NCBI RefSeq assembly: GCF_000143415.4 | Contig: NW_003314328.1 | Span: forward strand, 399,889 to 463,888 | DNA length: 64,000 bases | Direction: 5' to 3' | From: Selaginella moellendorffii | Lineage: Eukaryota > Plantae > Lycopodiophyta | Part shown: positions 37,839-50,185 of the stretch, one piece after another | Numbering within the stretch: position 1 is the stretch's first letter | How the letters are laid out: every line of letters begins with the position of its first letter | The notes under the pieces: generated by a model | The model's input: the letters and a program-made list of their open reading frames with translations, nothing else | Database searches by the model: none | Told to the model about the DNA's origin: nothing | Program-made: the position numbers and the translations under genes

Positions 37839-38358
37839 GGCGGCCAAGTTTTGTACATCGTGGGGGTCCTGTATTTCACCCGTGCTGCTTTCTTTTCGTT
37901 TTTATGTCGTTCTGAAAGCCTGCTTGTCAGAAATCGTTTGGCAGAGTGGGGAACGACGTTTGTACCCACGGGCCACACGACAAGAGCAGATTCTCAGTAC
38001 TTTGTTTTGAGACTTTCAGCCTTGACAAAAAAAAGACCGTGGATTAATAACTCACTGGTTTCTTCGGACAGTTTCGAGCTCTACTCGGCGTCGTCGTATC
38101 GGTACTTTCTGTCCGTTTGTGATTCTAACCAGTTTGTCCTGTGAACCAGCTTTCAGGATGAGGATTACAGACTTGTTATTGTTGTGGTGCGAGTTAGGTG
38201 CCGTCTCGTGAAGCTTACACGTGGGAAGACAATCTCACGGGGTCCAACAAGCTTACCAGACAGATACAGTGCCGAGTATATATGCTGGATCATCACGGCC
38301 ATCAAAAAAGTTGTCAGGGCAGCAGAAGCTGGTACATTATTTTTTTTCTTAAGAAAAG

Positions 38359-40176
38359 ATGAAGCAGGCACTGGCACTGCTGCTACTTCTCATTCTCACC
38401 GTCGCTGTGCAAGGACTCGAGTTTCAAGACGAACGGTCCCGGCGACCATGGTACAAGAAGAAACCAGCACCGAAGCCCGGATCGCCACCAAGCAGCAAAA
38501 AGAAGCCAGAGAAGCCACCAGCACCGGTACTAAGCAGGGACGGCCTGGTAGCTCCTCTCACCCGGATGAACATCCAAGACGCCTCGGTGCCGTCCTTCGT
38601 GGTGGAGCTCAGGGTCGGCAGTCCTCCGGTGGCCGTGAACTTCACCATCGACACCATGGGCACCCATACAGCAATGCCATGGCAACTTTGCTCGAACGTT
38701 ACCACTGCCGCCACCTTTACCACGACTGACAGCAAAGGGAACGAGAACTGGAAGAAGACACCACCGTCATCACCGCCACCACCGGAGAGATCGTCATCTC
38801 CACCAGGAAGACCGCTACCATGGTCACCGGTACCACCATCGTCCTCCAGTCCACCAGAGAAGCCATCCACACCACCAGGAAGGTCTTGGGCTCCGCCAGG
38901 AAAGCCATGGCAGCCACCATCGTCATCGTCTCCTCCAGGAAGGCCAGGAAAGCAGCCATGGCAGCCACCATCGTCCTCGACACCACCATCGCTACCACCA
39001 ACGTACTCTGGAGCTATCCAAAGCGTTCCATGCTCGCATCCAGTGTGCCAGGGATCGTCCTATACGTGTGACAAGGTGAGAAAACGCTGCATGGCTTACG
39101 ACCGCTACACAGGGAAGCCCATCGACTTGGTTCTCAGCCAGCTTACCATGGAGAGCGTCTATCCATCCGGGGACGTCGCTAGCCAGAATCGAACCATCGC
39201 CGGCATTGTCATGGGCTGCAGTGCCCCGTCATCGGTGCCGTACGCCTCGACGAGCATGGCCTCCCTATCGCCGGGCGCCACGTCGCTGGTGTCCCAGATC
39301 GCGACAGCCGCGAGCCTGCCACGTCGGTTCGCCTACTGCCTCGGCAAGCCACGTGGTGCGTTCTTTGTGGGCGGGGCTGATTACGTGTTCCGCCAGCGCA
39401 GCGTCAAGCCGAAAATGCAGTACCTCCCAATGTTGACTCCTCCCGCCGCGTGGCAGCGCGGGATGGGCTACCGGCTCGCACTTCGCGGGATCGCCGTTGG
39501 ATCCGGGCCAGATGTCAAGCCCCTGCCCATTGATTCCTCGCTGTTTGACAATGGGGTGGTGATTGGAACCAAGCTGAGGTACACGAGCTTGGTTGATCCA
39601 GCTTACCAGGTAAGCTAAGATCTTCATTCTATCGTTTGATCTCGCTGTGTTCTTCGTTTCTACCAGGTTGTGCGAAGGCATTTCATGGCGGTGGCGGCGG
39701 CGTCCAACGCTTCGATCACTCCCGTGCCATCGCCATTCCCGGAGCTCAATCTCTGCTATAGGATTCCTCCCAGAGCTGCGGTGTCCGGGGCGCCCAAGAT
39801 CCAGTTCATCTTCGAGAACGCAACGCTCACGGTCCAGCCCAGGAACTACATCGTGAGGTGGCGGCGGACGGACGTCGTGTGCCTGGGAATCGTGGGAGCC
39901 GGCGCGCTGGGGCGAGTGTCCGTGATTGGAACGCTCCAGCAGGAGGAGACGCTGGTGGAGTTTGATCTGGAGAAGCGCGTGGTGGGCGTCAGCGAGCACC
40001 TCAGCCTCTCCGGCAACAGCTGCAAGAACTTCGAGTTTCTTCCCGATGCGCCGTGGCCGCGGAGGTCGCCGATCACGCCAGCTCCATCGCCCGGAGCTCC
40101 AGTTCTATCTGAGGATGATGAAGGAAGTTTTGACGAAGAGGAAGAGGTTGGCATTGCGCCATCGTCTTCTTCTTGA
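38359..40176 (+). CDS. Secreted A1 aspartic-protease-fold protein (nepenthesin/TAXI/EDGP-like) with Pro-Ser-rich insertion
   Basis: Signal peptide, LRVGSPP...FTIDT, VPCSHPVC, SLVSQI...RFAYCL, VIGTLQQEETLVEFDL; one intron at ~39610-39666. Confidence 0.85.
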
Positions 40177-40301
40177 AGGAGTTATTGTATGGTTTGATTG
40201 TATTGATATATTCTAAGTTCTCATAACATCCCATTCAAAGTATATGCTCTACCAAAGGAAATGGCAATGTATTATTTCACCTCAAACCAACTGAGTTGGC
40301 A

Positions 40302-42449
40302 ATGTATTGTCTCGAGGAGCTTGTTCATATTGTGAATTCTTCCAAAACGCTACCACAGGCCAAGGCGGCCCACGCCAGCGTTCTCGGGGCTCTCCCTCTC
40401 GAGTCTCGGACCGTCTATCTCCTCAATCTGGTCGTCCAGATGTACGGGCGTTGCGGCAGCGTGGCAGATGCGCGCCACGTGTTCGACTCGATCCATCCCA
40501 AAGATTCCTTCTCGTGGAATCTGATGCTGGATGCATATGCCAAGAACGGGCATCTGGAACAGGCAAAAAGAGTGTTTAACGCGATGCCTTGTTACAATCT
40601 AGTCTCGTGGAACACAATGTTGGCAGCACTGGCGAAAGCAAGCCAAGCCGCGGAAGCAAGCGCATTGTTCTCCAGGATGGAGGAAAGGGATATAATCTCC
40701 TATAACACAATGTTATCAGCATATGCCGCGCTTGGGCATTTTGATACCTTTCAAGAACTTTTTGATCGAATGCCGGATCACAGTCTCGCGTCTTGGAACT
40801 TGCTTTTAACAAACTACTCGCGACGAGGGCTTGTGGTTCAAGCCAAGAAAATCTTCGAAAGAATGCCGGAACAAGATTTCTTCTCTAGGAACACGATTCT
40901 TGCAGCACTTGCCCAGAACGGGCATATGCTGGAAGCGGCTTCAATGTTCTCCACGCTGCCGCTGCGCGATCTCGTCTCCTGGAACACGATGATCTCCGCG
41001 TACGCTCAGCTCGGCCGCCTCTTCGACGCAAAGAATCTCTTCGACGCAATGCCCGAGAGGAATCTCGTGTCATGGAACGCGATCCTGGGCGCGCTCGTCC
41101 AGCACGATCGCCTGGACGAAGCCCACGAGATCTTCGCCGCGATGCCGGCCAAGAACTTGATCTCCTGGAACGCGATCCTGTCGGCGCTGGCGCGGGCGGG
41201 ATCAATCTCCCGCGCCGGCAATCTCTTCGCGGCAATGCGCGAGAAGGATCTCGTCTCCTGGAACATCCTCCTCGTCGCCCATGCCACCGCCGGATCCAGC
41301 GTCGAGCGCTGTGAGGCGATCTTCGCCGCGATGCCGCAGTGGAACGCCGTGTCGTGGAACGCGATCATGGCGGCGCTGGCGCGCGCGGGGCGTATCGCCG
41401 ACGCCAGGGCCTTCTTCGATCGCCTCCCGGAGAAGATCATCACGTCCTGGAACACGATACTCACGGCGCTCATCCAGTCCCGGCGATGGATGGAAGCCCA
41501 CGAGCTCTTCCTGGATCGAATGCCCGAGCGCGATCTCGTCTCATGCAACGCGATGCTCACGGCCTACTCGCAATCGCGTGAACTTCTCCTCGCGAAATCG
41601 CTCTTCGATTCTATGCCCCAGCGCAATCTCGTCTCGTGGACAACGCTCCTGTGCCTCTACTCGCGCGAGGCCCGCCTCGAGGAGGCCAAGCTCCTCTTCG
41701 ATTCCATGGCGCATTGCGACTCCATCGCCGCGATCGCGATGCTCAGCGCCTATGCCCAGAACGGGCATCCAGCCGACGCGCGGCGGATCTTCGACTCCAT
41801 GCCATCGCGCGATCTCGCTTCCTACAACGCAATGCTTGCAACGCTCGCCCAGGATTTCCAGATCCATGAAGCGCTACTTCTCTTTCATCAAATGCCCGAT
41901 AGAGATCCAATCTCTTGGACAACGCTCTTCCTCCTATTTGCCCAGACCGGGCATTTGGAACTCTCCCACTCCCTATTTCAGCAAATGCCCGCCCAGGACC
42001 TCATCGCGTGGACGGCCCTGATCACCTCCCACGCCCGCATCGGGCGGCCAGGATCCGCGCTCGCTCTCTCCTGGGCGATGCAAATCGACGGCCACGCGCC
42101 CGACGATGCCACATTCACGTCCCTCCTCCCGGCGTGCTCCCACGCCGGGGACGTGCGCACGGGAATATGCTGGCTCCGGTCAATGGACGCTGACTGGGGG
42201 TTGACCCCGAGCAAGGAGCAGTACGGCTGCGTGGTTGACCTTTTGGGCCGGTCGGGCCACTTGGCCGCGGCCGAGGAGCTGGTCGCGACCATGCCGTACA
42301 CACCAGAGGCGCTGGATTGGATTTGCCTGTTAAGTAGGAGCGATAGCGCTGTTGGTTTTGGGCGAGGAGCGGCAAAGCAAGCGATGGAGCTCTCGCCGGA
42401 ATCGCCTGCTAGCTACATTCTTCTCTCAAACATCACCACAAAGATCTAA
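40302..42449 (+). CDS. PLS-class PPR protein with E-type C-terminus and no DYW domain (organellar RNA-editing specificity factor family)
   Basis: Intronless ORF of ~715 aa with repeated (D/N)LVSWN(A/T)M motifs, ACSHAG, YGCVVDLLGRSG and SYILLSN. Confidence 0.93.
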   Translation: MYCLEELVHIVNSSKTLPQAKAAHASVLGALPLESRTVYLLNLVVQMYGRCGSVADARHVFDSIHPKDSFSWNLMLDAYAKNGHLEQAKRVFNAMPCYNLVSWNTMLAALAKASQAAEASALFSRMEERDIISYNTMLSAYAALGHFDTFQELFDRMPDHSLASWNLLLTNYSRRGLVVQAKKIFERMPEQDFFSRNTILAALAQNGHMLEAASMFSTLPLRDLVSWNTMISAYAQLGRLFDAKNLFDAMPERNLVSWNAILGALVQHDRLDEAHEIFAAMPAKNLISWNAILSALARAGSISRAGNLFAAMREKDLVSWNILLVAHATAGSSVERCEAIFAAMPQWNAVSWNAIMAALARAGRIADARAFFDRLPEKIITSWNTILTALIQSRRWMEAHELFLDRMPERDLVSCNAMLTAYSQSRELLLAKSLFDSMPQRNLVSWTTLLCLYSREARLEEAKLLFDSMAHCDSIAAIAMLSAYAQNGHPADARRIFDSMPSRDLASYNAMLATLAQDFQIHEALLLFHQMPDRDPISWTTLFLLFAQTGHLELSHSLFQQMPAQDLIAWTALITSHARIGRPGSALALSWAMQIDGHAPDDATFTSLLPACSHAGDVRTGICWLRSMDADWGLTPSKEQYGCVVDLLGRSGHLAAAEELVATMPYTPEALDWICLLSRSDSAVGFGRGAAKQAMELSPESPASYILLSNITTKI

Positions 42450-42633
42450 AGCTGATAATCGTTGTATAGACTTAGTTAGTCCAGAGATTTGTGTGACAGA
42501 AAGGCGTTAATCCAGCGTTGTAGGAGCGGCAAAACAAGCAATGAGCTACATTCTTCCCTCAAACATCACCAAAGCTCATGATATAGACTTACTTAGTCCC
42601 GAGATTAGTATGAAACAAAAGGATTAACACTAA

Positions 42634-42707
42634 GGCCGCGTAGCGCAGTGGATTAGCGCGTTGGACTTCGGATCCAAAGGCCGTGAGTTCAAATCTCACC
42701 GTGGTCG
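42634..42707 (+). tRNA. tRNA-Arg(UCG)
   Basis: GGCCGCG/CGTGGTC acceptor stem, A-box TAGCGCAGTGG, anticodon arm TTGGA-CTTCGGA-TCCAA, B-box GTTCAAATC. Confidence 0.95.
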
Positions 42708-42850
42708 TGTAGATGGATCTTGGTTTGTATCTTTTGTTTTGTCGATCGATCTCTCGCAAATGTAGACAATCCTAGCGGCAAAACAACTCTCACGACAAAG
42801 ATCTAAAGCTCATTGTCTAGATTAGTGTGAAATGAAAAGATTAACGGAAA

Positions 42851-42897
42851 GGCCACGTAGCGCAGTGAATTAGCGCGTAAATCCCACCCCATGGTCG
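42851..42897 (+). pseudogene. Internally deleted tRNA-Arg pseudogene
   Basis: GGCCACGTAGCGCAGTGAATTAGCGCGT...AAATC...ATGGTCG followed by the same flank (GTAGATGGATCT). The anticodon arm is missing. Confidence 0.8.
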
Positions 42898-44096
42898 CGT
42901 AGATGGATCTCTCGTACTTTGTTTGTATCTTTTGTTTTTTCGAAAGAGAGGAGCCATACGTAGCATTGATCGCTTTCTCGAGAGCGTAGCCCGGACAATC
43001 CTAGAAATTTCTATCTGGGTGGCCACCGCCCCGGGAAAATCTTTCCCTCTCAGTGGCACCGTCCCATGCCTCGAGAACAAACTCCGCGATCATGATCAAC
43101 ATGGAAAGAGTGAAACCAAGAGTCCACCAGAGATGGACCACCACTACACCGCCTTGTGCAGTGCCAATCTTATATACTTCGCTCCTTTTCACTTGATCTG
43201 TGCGAGTACGGACTTTGATCTTGGGAGTTTCATGTCTGTCGCCTGCCTTGTAGTTTATTGGTGTGTTTGTACGGTACGGAGTCGCCAACAAACGACGACC
43301 ATTTCTTTTTCTGCGAGAGGATGGTAGCCGCAATGTTGATTGATTTTGGGGCCGGAGAGAGAACAAAGTTGCGTGATCGATGCGGTCACCGGTCACGGCA
43401 GCACTACTGTGCAACAATGTACGTGGGATCTGGAATGAAAATTATGGATGCCAATCAACACACGGTAAGAATTTGGAAGATCTCGTCCATGAGCGTGTCA
43501 AGAACGGGAAGTTCTCGACTCCGTGAACCTGGGAGACCGCCGTTGCGTCGCCAGGCTTACAAGAGATTCAAAGCTATGTTTGCGCTTTAAAAACCAATGT
43601 AGAAGTCAAGAAAGGGAAAGAACAAGAGAGCAGTCCTCGATGGAACGTAAATCCAAAGTATAGAAACTTAACAACAACCAAAAGCTTACCATCCAGCGCA
43701 CCAGTCAAGGCTTACGTCGCCCCGGTTTGACCAATCCAGGGTTTGACCAGACACGGGTTACTATGTGGAGACTGTTGACCGCGTGGAAAGCTACAAGGGA
43801 CGTACGACTTACGGAGGAGCATGGTTTATCGTGATAAGCCAAAACCCCTTTTAGCTTTAACTATGGTTCTTTCTTGATAGCCCTGCGTGAGTGTGAGCAG
43901 TGTGAGCAGTGGACAGAGGCAGTAATAAGAAGCGCAGCGCTTTTTTTTTCCCCTCCCTGTCGCTGCCATTTTGTTTGTTTTCGATCGCTCATTCATTTTG
44001 GCTTTGCTCCAAGCGCTTTCCATCGCTCCGAAATCGATCCCATTTCCTTGGAGTGAGGATTTAATCGCCTCGCCAATCCAGTGCTAGGCTATAGCT

Positions 44097-44609
44097 ATGG
44101 GGAATGCGTGCTTGCGGAGTAGCGAGATCCACCACCACCAAGAAGAGGAGGACGAGGACGAGATAATGGGAGGGTCGCTGGCCTCCAAGAGGCTCAATCT
44201 CTTGAGGAAGAAGAAGCTCCAGCAATCTAAAGCTGCGTTCTCTTCTCCATCTTCTTCTTCTTCTTCTTCTTCTTCTGCTATGGCTACTTCTTCTTCTTCT
44301 TCTTCTTCATCTCGATCTCTTGTTGTTCCTGTGGAGATGAAGCCCGCCATGGAGATCCTGCCCAGCTCCCAGGAGGGCGTGATGCGAGTGAAGCTCATCA
44401 TCTCCACGAACCAAATGGCCAGCATGATCAATGCGAGCTACAAAAAGGACGACTTCCTCGAGAGCCTCATCACGTCGCTGCTCAAGGAGAAGGGGATCAA
44501 CATTCCAGAGCAGCAGCACCACAAGCTCTCCGCCTCCAGCTCCAGGAAATCGAGCTTCTCGTCGTGGAAGCCCGCATTGGAGAGCATTCCCGAGGTCAGA
44601 TCATCCTAG
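44097..44609 (+). CDS. PADRE/DUF4228-related small protein with poly-Ser tract
   Basis: MGNAC acylation-type N-terminus, GVMRVKLIIS, C-terminal WKPALESIPE motif. Confidence 0.8.
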   Translation: MGNACLRSSEIHHHQEEEDEDEIMGGSLASKRLNLLRKKKLQQSKAAFSSPSSSSSSSSSAMATSSSSSSSSRSLVVPVEMKPAMEILPSSQEGVMRVKLIISTNQMASMINASYKKDDFLESLITSLLKEKGINIPEQQHHKLSASSSRKSSFSSWKPALESIPEVRSS

Positions 44610-45871
44610 AACAGACATTCTCTCGACGCGGGAGCTCCTTTTTCGGTTGGAGGATTTTCAGTCTTTTAGTATGTTTCTTCCTTCTCTCGGTGTTCTTCCG
44701 GTTAAAGCTTCTCCAGTCGATCAAAACTCGATCTGGGCGTTTGATCCAGCAGAAGCCCACCACGAAGAACAATCCACCAGCAGCATTCCGGCGAGAAACG
44801 ATTACCTCTCGAAAGAATCCCCTCTTTTCCTTTTGTATAGAAGCGATACTGCTCTAACTCTGCTACTACTACTATACATGAAAAGTTCCTCTTTTTCTTG
44901 TCTTTTGTTTGCTTGCTCGCTCGCCGCGATTAGATTAGATGATGATAAAGCTCTCTCGGATCGAATCAAGCCGGTCTTTTTGGCACGATCGATCGATTTT
45001 TCTAACATCTCTTCGAACTTTTCTTCGTGTCCCCGCGCTTGCTTGCCCCGCTTTGATCCATCGCATCGGTTTTTCCGGTTTCGTTTCGTTTTGGAAACTT
45101 TTCTCTCGCCATCGAAGTGCTGGCTATAGCAGCTCGTGCTTCCACACCATTAAAAAAACGCGAGGAAATTCTTCTTCTAGATGAAAACAAGAGCTTTTCT
45201 AGGGTAGCCACTCACATGGCTATAGTTTAGCAGCTATGATTTTGCTGCAAGACACGAGAACTTGTTTGATTCCTTCTTCACATGCCTGTGTTCTTTGTGG
45301 AACTTGTTTATCATTTGTTTTCGTGTTCTTCATAAGCTTCTTGATGATCTCGCTTAAACTTAAGAAACTAGGTGCAAGACAGCCAAGACCAACGAGAGAT
45401 CATTTGATTAAATCGGTGGAAACCATATTTTTTAATGGGTGGAAACCATGGGAAACAGTTAGAGACCATCGGGCCATATAGCTTAAGGTTGGCTCGATTT
45501 CACGCGATGATTGATCGAGTCAATTACTGTATGGCTCTCTCTATAGTTTTCTTCTAGCGATATTTATCTCCAAAAACTAATGATTGAAGTTACGTTTGTC
45601 GGTGCTTAGCGGCAAAACGTCAGCGCAAATTTGAAATCATAAATATTCTGAGAATATACCATAAGCAATGACTGGCATATTCTAAGAATATATTTAAGCC
45701 CTAACTTTATTAACTAAAGCCCTATTTTTAAAATTTAAGCCCTTATCTGTGTGTGTGGTGGGCTTGATGATCCACGAAGAGCTCTCCATCGCGCCCACCG
45801 ATCAGCGTCCCATGAGCGGCATTCTCTACTCTCGGTGAGAAATTCCCATCCGAGACAGCGCGCGCGAGGCG

Positions 45872-47634
45872 ATGGCGGTGGCAGCGCCTCTGTTTGGCAA
45901 GGTCTGCCCGGTTCTTGGCGAGAAGGCCGCGGCAATCGGGAAATCGTCTAGGTTAGGTCCAGTCCAGCAGCAGAGATTCACGGCGTTCTCGTCATCGTCG
46001 TCGGCGGCGGAGGTCTTTGATCCGTCTGGATTGCCGCCAGAGTCTTCTCTGGCTTCCCCGTCTTCGATCCGATGGGCACAGCTTGCGTTGCAAGGTCCCC
46101 GGGCGGAGATGGAGGACGACATGGAGCTGGAGGAGGGGAGAATTCCAGAATTTACGTTTGCTGCGGTCTATGATGGTCATGCCGGTATATCATCAGTGAA
46201 CTATCTCAAGTAAGCTCTCTACAATTCGATTTTGATCTTTCTAGCGATGGTTCTTCAGGAAAGAGCTATTCAGCGAATGCGTGAATGCATTGCAAGGAGG
46301 AGCTCTTCTACAATCTGATAACTCGATCGATTTGGAAGCGGCACTCTCGCAAGCTTTCGTCCAAGTTGACAAACGCTTGCTCTCGTGGTTCGTCTAGCTC
46401 GATCCATTCATCTCCACACGTGATCAATGCGAGGTTTTGCTTTGCAGCAGGCTGGAGCAACAAGAGGAGGCTGATCGAGAATCTGGCTCCACTGCAACTG
46501 TCATGTTTCTGGGTAAAGAGAAGGTGGTGGTAGCTCACGTCGGCGACTCACGAGTGGTACTGTCATCGTCTTGCAATGCTTTTGGAGGATTTAACTAGTC
46601 TCCACTAGATTATCAGGTAATTTCTCGAGGAGGAAAAGCCGAGGAGTTGACGAGTGATCACAGGCCATATGGGAGCAGCAAGACAGCTCTAGCCGAGGGC
46701 AAGCGAGTCATTGCTGCTGGAGGCTGGGTATGTTTCTCTTGATCTTTAGTTTTTGGTACTGAGAACACTCGTGTTTTGTGTTTGACTAGATAAGCAATGG
46801 CCGAGTATGTGGTAATTTGGCTGTGTCTCGTGCATTTGGAGATATATCCTTGAAGTCCCGTAGAAAAGAGTAAGAAATCGTTCGCCAGTGAAGGATTCTT
46901 TTGACGAAGGGATCTGTCAGAATGCTAGAGGAGGGGCTCAAGAAAAACTTGTGGACGCAGAAGTTTGTGTCGAAGTAAGTGATAACTTTCCTTTGTCATT
47001 GTTTTCACCAGTATTTCCTAGACTTCACTCTAGAGTGTTTCAGGCGGGATCTCACAGGAGAATGGCTGACTGCGGCACCGGATGTTACTGCTGCCACTCT
47101 TGGTCAGGACGCCGAGTTCATCATTCTTGCTTCAGACGGCTTGTGGGATTCCATCAAAAGGTGAATTCCAGAGCTCATGCAGGACTCACAAGCAACTTTT
47201 ATGGTTTTCCCAGTAAGGACGCTGTAGCATTTGTGAGAGAGCAACTGAAAGAGCACGGAGATATCCAGGTAATAATGTTTCCAATTCCATCTCTCCATAA
47301 CGACTAGCTTTCCGTATCTCCCAGCGCGCTTGTGAGAACCTTGCGGCCGCTGCTCTGGTAACTTCTATCCATCTTACTTTCTTAAAATCTCATCCACTTT
47401 ACAGGCCCAAAATGGCCAAGACAACATCAGTATTCTCATTGCCGATTTCGGGTGAGTGAATTTGGTACCTCTACATTCTCACAGACGCAAGATCAAATCA
47501 ACAGAAAGGTAGCACGCGTGGATGGACTTGCGCAGCACCAAGACGTCTCAGCTGGGGTAAAGCAGGTGCTAGTAACGTCTGGCATTCTACTGCTAGGAGT
47601 TTATGCTTCTCATCTAGCAAGCTTGATCAGATAA
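45872..47634 (+). CDS. PPH1: Chloroplast PP2C phosphatase PPH1/TAP38 (LHCII dephosphorylation), multi-exon
   Basis: Transit peptide, IRWAQLALQGPRAEMEDD, AAVYDGHAG, ESGSTAT, AHVGDSR, LAVSRAFGD, ILASDGLWD, QDNISI and a C-terminal hydrophobic anchor. Confidence 0.85.
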
Positions 47635-47744
47635 GTTCCACTCTTTACATTCATAGTTGATCAGCTTTCATCTAAAATTTGCAAAACTTTGGCGATCGAA
47701 CAAGAATCCGCTCAACAATCTTCCCAAGTTTTTGTAACCATATG

Positions 47745-49456
47745 TTAAGAACCGATAATGCTGGTAAGCTCATTTTCTGCTTCTGGCTCATGCTCTTCCT
47801 TGTCCTCTTGCAGCTCCTCGTTTACAAAATAACCATTGCTCGACTTCTCGTAAGTCACCTTGCTCAAGCCAGTGCTCATCTCGGTTTGAGCTTGGAACGA
47901 ATTCACCACCCTGTCCCGGTCCTTGGGATACGACCAGTAGAGGAAGGTGTATGTCAAGCAACAAGTCGCCATGGGTATGGCATAGGCGGTGTAGAGGGCC
48001 TTTCCCAGAGACACGGCATCGCCACTGTTAGCCTCCACTGGATTCTTGGACGTAGGTGGCGGCGGCACGTATCCATACAAGTGCTCCGCGAGCAAGCCCA
48101 CGATGGGAGGAGCAAACGAAGCGAGAACCGACTCGAAGGACCGATCCAATGCGTAGATCGTTGTCCGGGACTTCTCGGGGACGATCTCCGCAAAGATTGG
48201 ACTGTTTGATCCTCGACAGAGTTAGCAGATGGAAGATCTTTGAAGAGCAAAACTGTGGAAGAGCTTTCAAGAGCAGGGGACTTACTTGTTGGTGGCTGGA
48301 GCATTCCACGACGTACAAAATCCTAGCACGGCGAAGATGAGAGCGTGGAGCAGCAGCGAATTAGATCTCGGTGGCAAGCCCAGCAGTAGAATCGCCGTAA
48401 GTGGCACTCCAGAGCCGGAGCTAAACTGAGCGAGGATGATTCTCCCAGAGTCCGGGAGATGTTTAGAGATGGTGTCTCCCAAAGTTCCAGCGAAGAGGCC
48501 TCCCAGAGATCCGCAAGCCGTGAACAGGCCGAGAAGAAACGCTGTGTGCGTGTGGCTGAATCCTTTGAGCTCCAGCCAAAGTGGAGCAAACGCTAGCGAT
48601 GCCCAAGGGAAGGTGCCAACAACACCCTGCGCTACCAAGAACTGGAAAGTTTTTACGTTGATCACCATCTTTCCTTCTTGAGTCGCTTCTTTGAGGCCAC
48701 TCCACACTCCGGCAAATCCCCGCTCCCTCTTCCTGGACAACAAAGATCTCCAAAACTTTAGCGACCGACAAAGTCACGAGCTTACGCTTTGGCGGCAGGA
48801 TCCACCGCGAAGATCAAGAGCAAGATCCCGAGAACCACGCTGATGGCCGTCACCAGCAAGAACGAGAGCCTCCATCCCGAGATCCCGAGGAAGCTCGTCC
48901 CGGCCAAGATGATCGACAAGAACCCACCAAGTATCGTCCCCACGCTGCCCGTGAGCTGCAGCCATCCAAACGCCTGGCCGCGCTTGGATTCGTCGCAAGC
49001 ATCAGCTACGAGCGACTGGATCGCGGGGACGACCAGCGCCAGCCCGACTCCATTGAGAGCTCTCCACACTGCGATCTGCGCGAGATATCCAAGACCCACT
49101 AAGCGAAGCGATCGAGATCTAGAGCTAAGTACGATGGATCTACGACTTACTTGCGTGAAGGTTTGAGAGATCCCCACGAAGAACGTGGCAATTGACCACA
49201 GGAAAGCGCCGATGGCGATCACTTTGGAGCGATCGTAGTGGAGGCTGAAGTAAGCGGCGAAAGGGAAGCACAGCGCTTGGGTGATCGATCGGAGGAGCGT
49301 GAGAGACCCAAGTGCCGCTAGGCCCGTGTGGAGGCTCTCGCCTATCTCTTTGTACACACCTGGGAGGAGCGCCTCGTCCGCTTGCTCCATGACACTGGCG
49401 AGATTCACCAGGACGAGCGTTCGCACCCGCTCGTCGCTCCATAGCTTAGCCCTCAT
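47745..49456 (-). CDS. Major facilitator superfamily transporter (spinster-like plant MFS), multi-exon
   Basis: TLVLVNLASVMEQADEALLPGVYKE, RALNGVGLALVVPAIQSLVAD, QGVVGTFPW, SWNAPATN, DRSFESVLASFAPPIVG. Confidence 0.9.
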
Positions 49457-49982
49457 TCCTCCTCCTCTCGCGGCCACTCCAAGGGAATTAGTTCAAAAGT
49501 TTAACAGCTGTGCTTGACTAGAGTTGACTAGCTAACATGACAACGCATATTCCAAGAGATTTTTATCGTGCAATTCTGTGGTGATCACGAGAGGATCTGA
49601 GGAGTCGAATCATCGTGATTTCTTATTAAGTGTTTGATATAGTTCGGAAACCTGGAGCTGAACAGATCGAATCTCCTTAGAAGAAAAGTCACCGGCTAAA
49701 AAGAGCCCTAAAACCTGCTTGCTAGTGGTGAAATATAATCAATCAAAATCAAGGTAAATAAGGAAACTAAGAATATATGGCTTAAGCCATAGCTAAAGTT
49801 TAGAATTTGTGTAGTATAATACATTTTTTAGGGTTGCAGCACACAATGCAAAGGATAAACTTAGGTTTGGTATTTTTAAGCCCACTTTAGGTGACAAAGC
49901 ATATTCTATTAAACTGGTCTAAGGGGAAAGAAAGTAGTCCTACTCAGCTAAAGTCAGCCCTAGTCAACTCCAAGTTGGCAGT

Positions 49983-50060
49983 GACGTGGACCAATCCATT
50001 ACCGATAAGGCCACTTCAGATAGGGTAACGAGGCCCGAGCCAACCACGTCGTGCCACGTC
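49983..50060 (+). promoter_or_regulatory. Light-responsive promoter module of PsaE (G-box-type ACGT elements, CCAAT, I-box)
   Basis: GACGTGG-CCAAT-GATAAGG at 49983-50010 and two CCACGTC at 50044-50060, upstream of a photosynthesis gene. Confidence 0.6.
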
Positions 50061-50185
50061 TGCAGCTAGCGAGCAAAACCCCCTTCTTTCGTTTCGACCT
50101 AGTGTTCTTCGCAGACACACGTTCCCAGCACACGCTCGCGCTTTCTCTCACGCGAGAGAGAAGATCAAAGCAAAGAAAGGAAGGA

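Noticed and set aside
40307-42375. Numerous overlapping and antisense ORFs within the GC-rich PPR gene (likewise in the aspartic-protease-like, AND-1 and GH17 genes)
   Set aside because: They are shadow ORFs caused by high GC and codon bias of the real genes.
42841-43590. ORFs of 79-138 aa between the tRNA and the PADRE-like gene
   Set aside because: No recognisable domain or consistent splice structure, and they partly overlap the tRNA pseudogene duplication.
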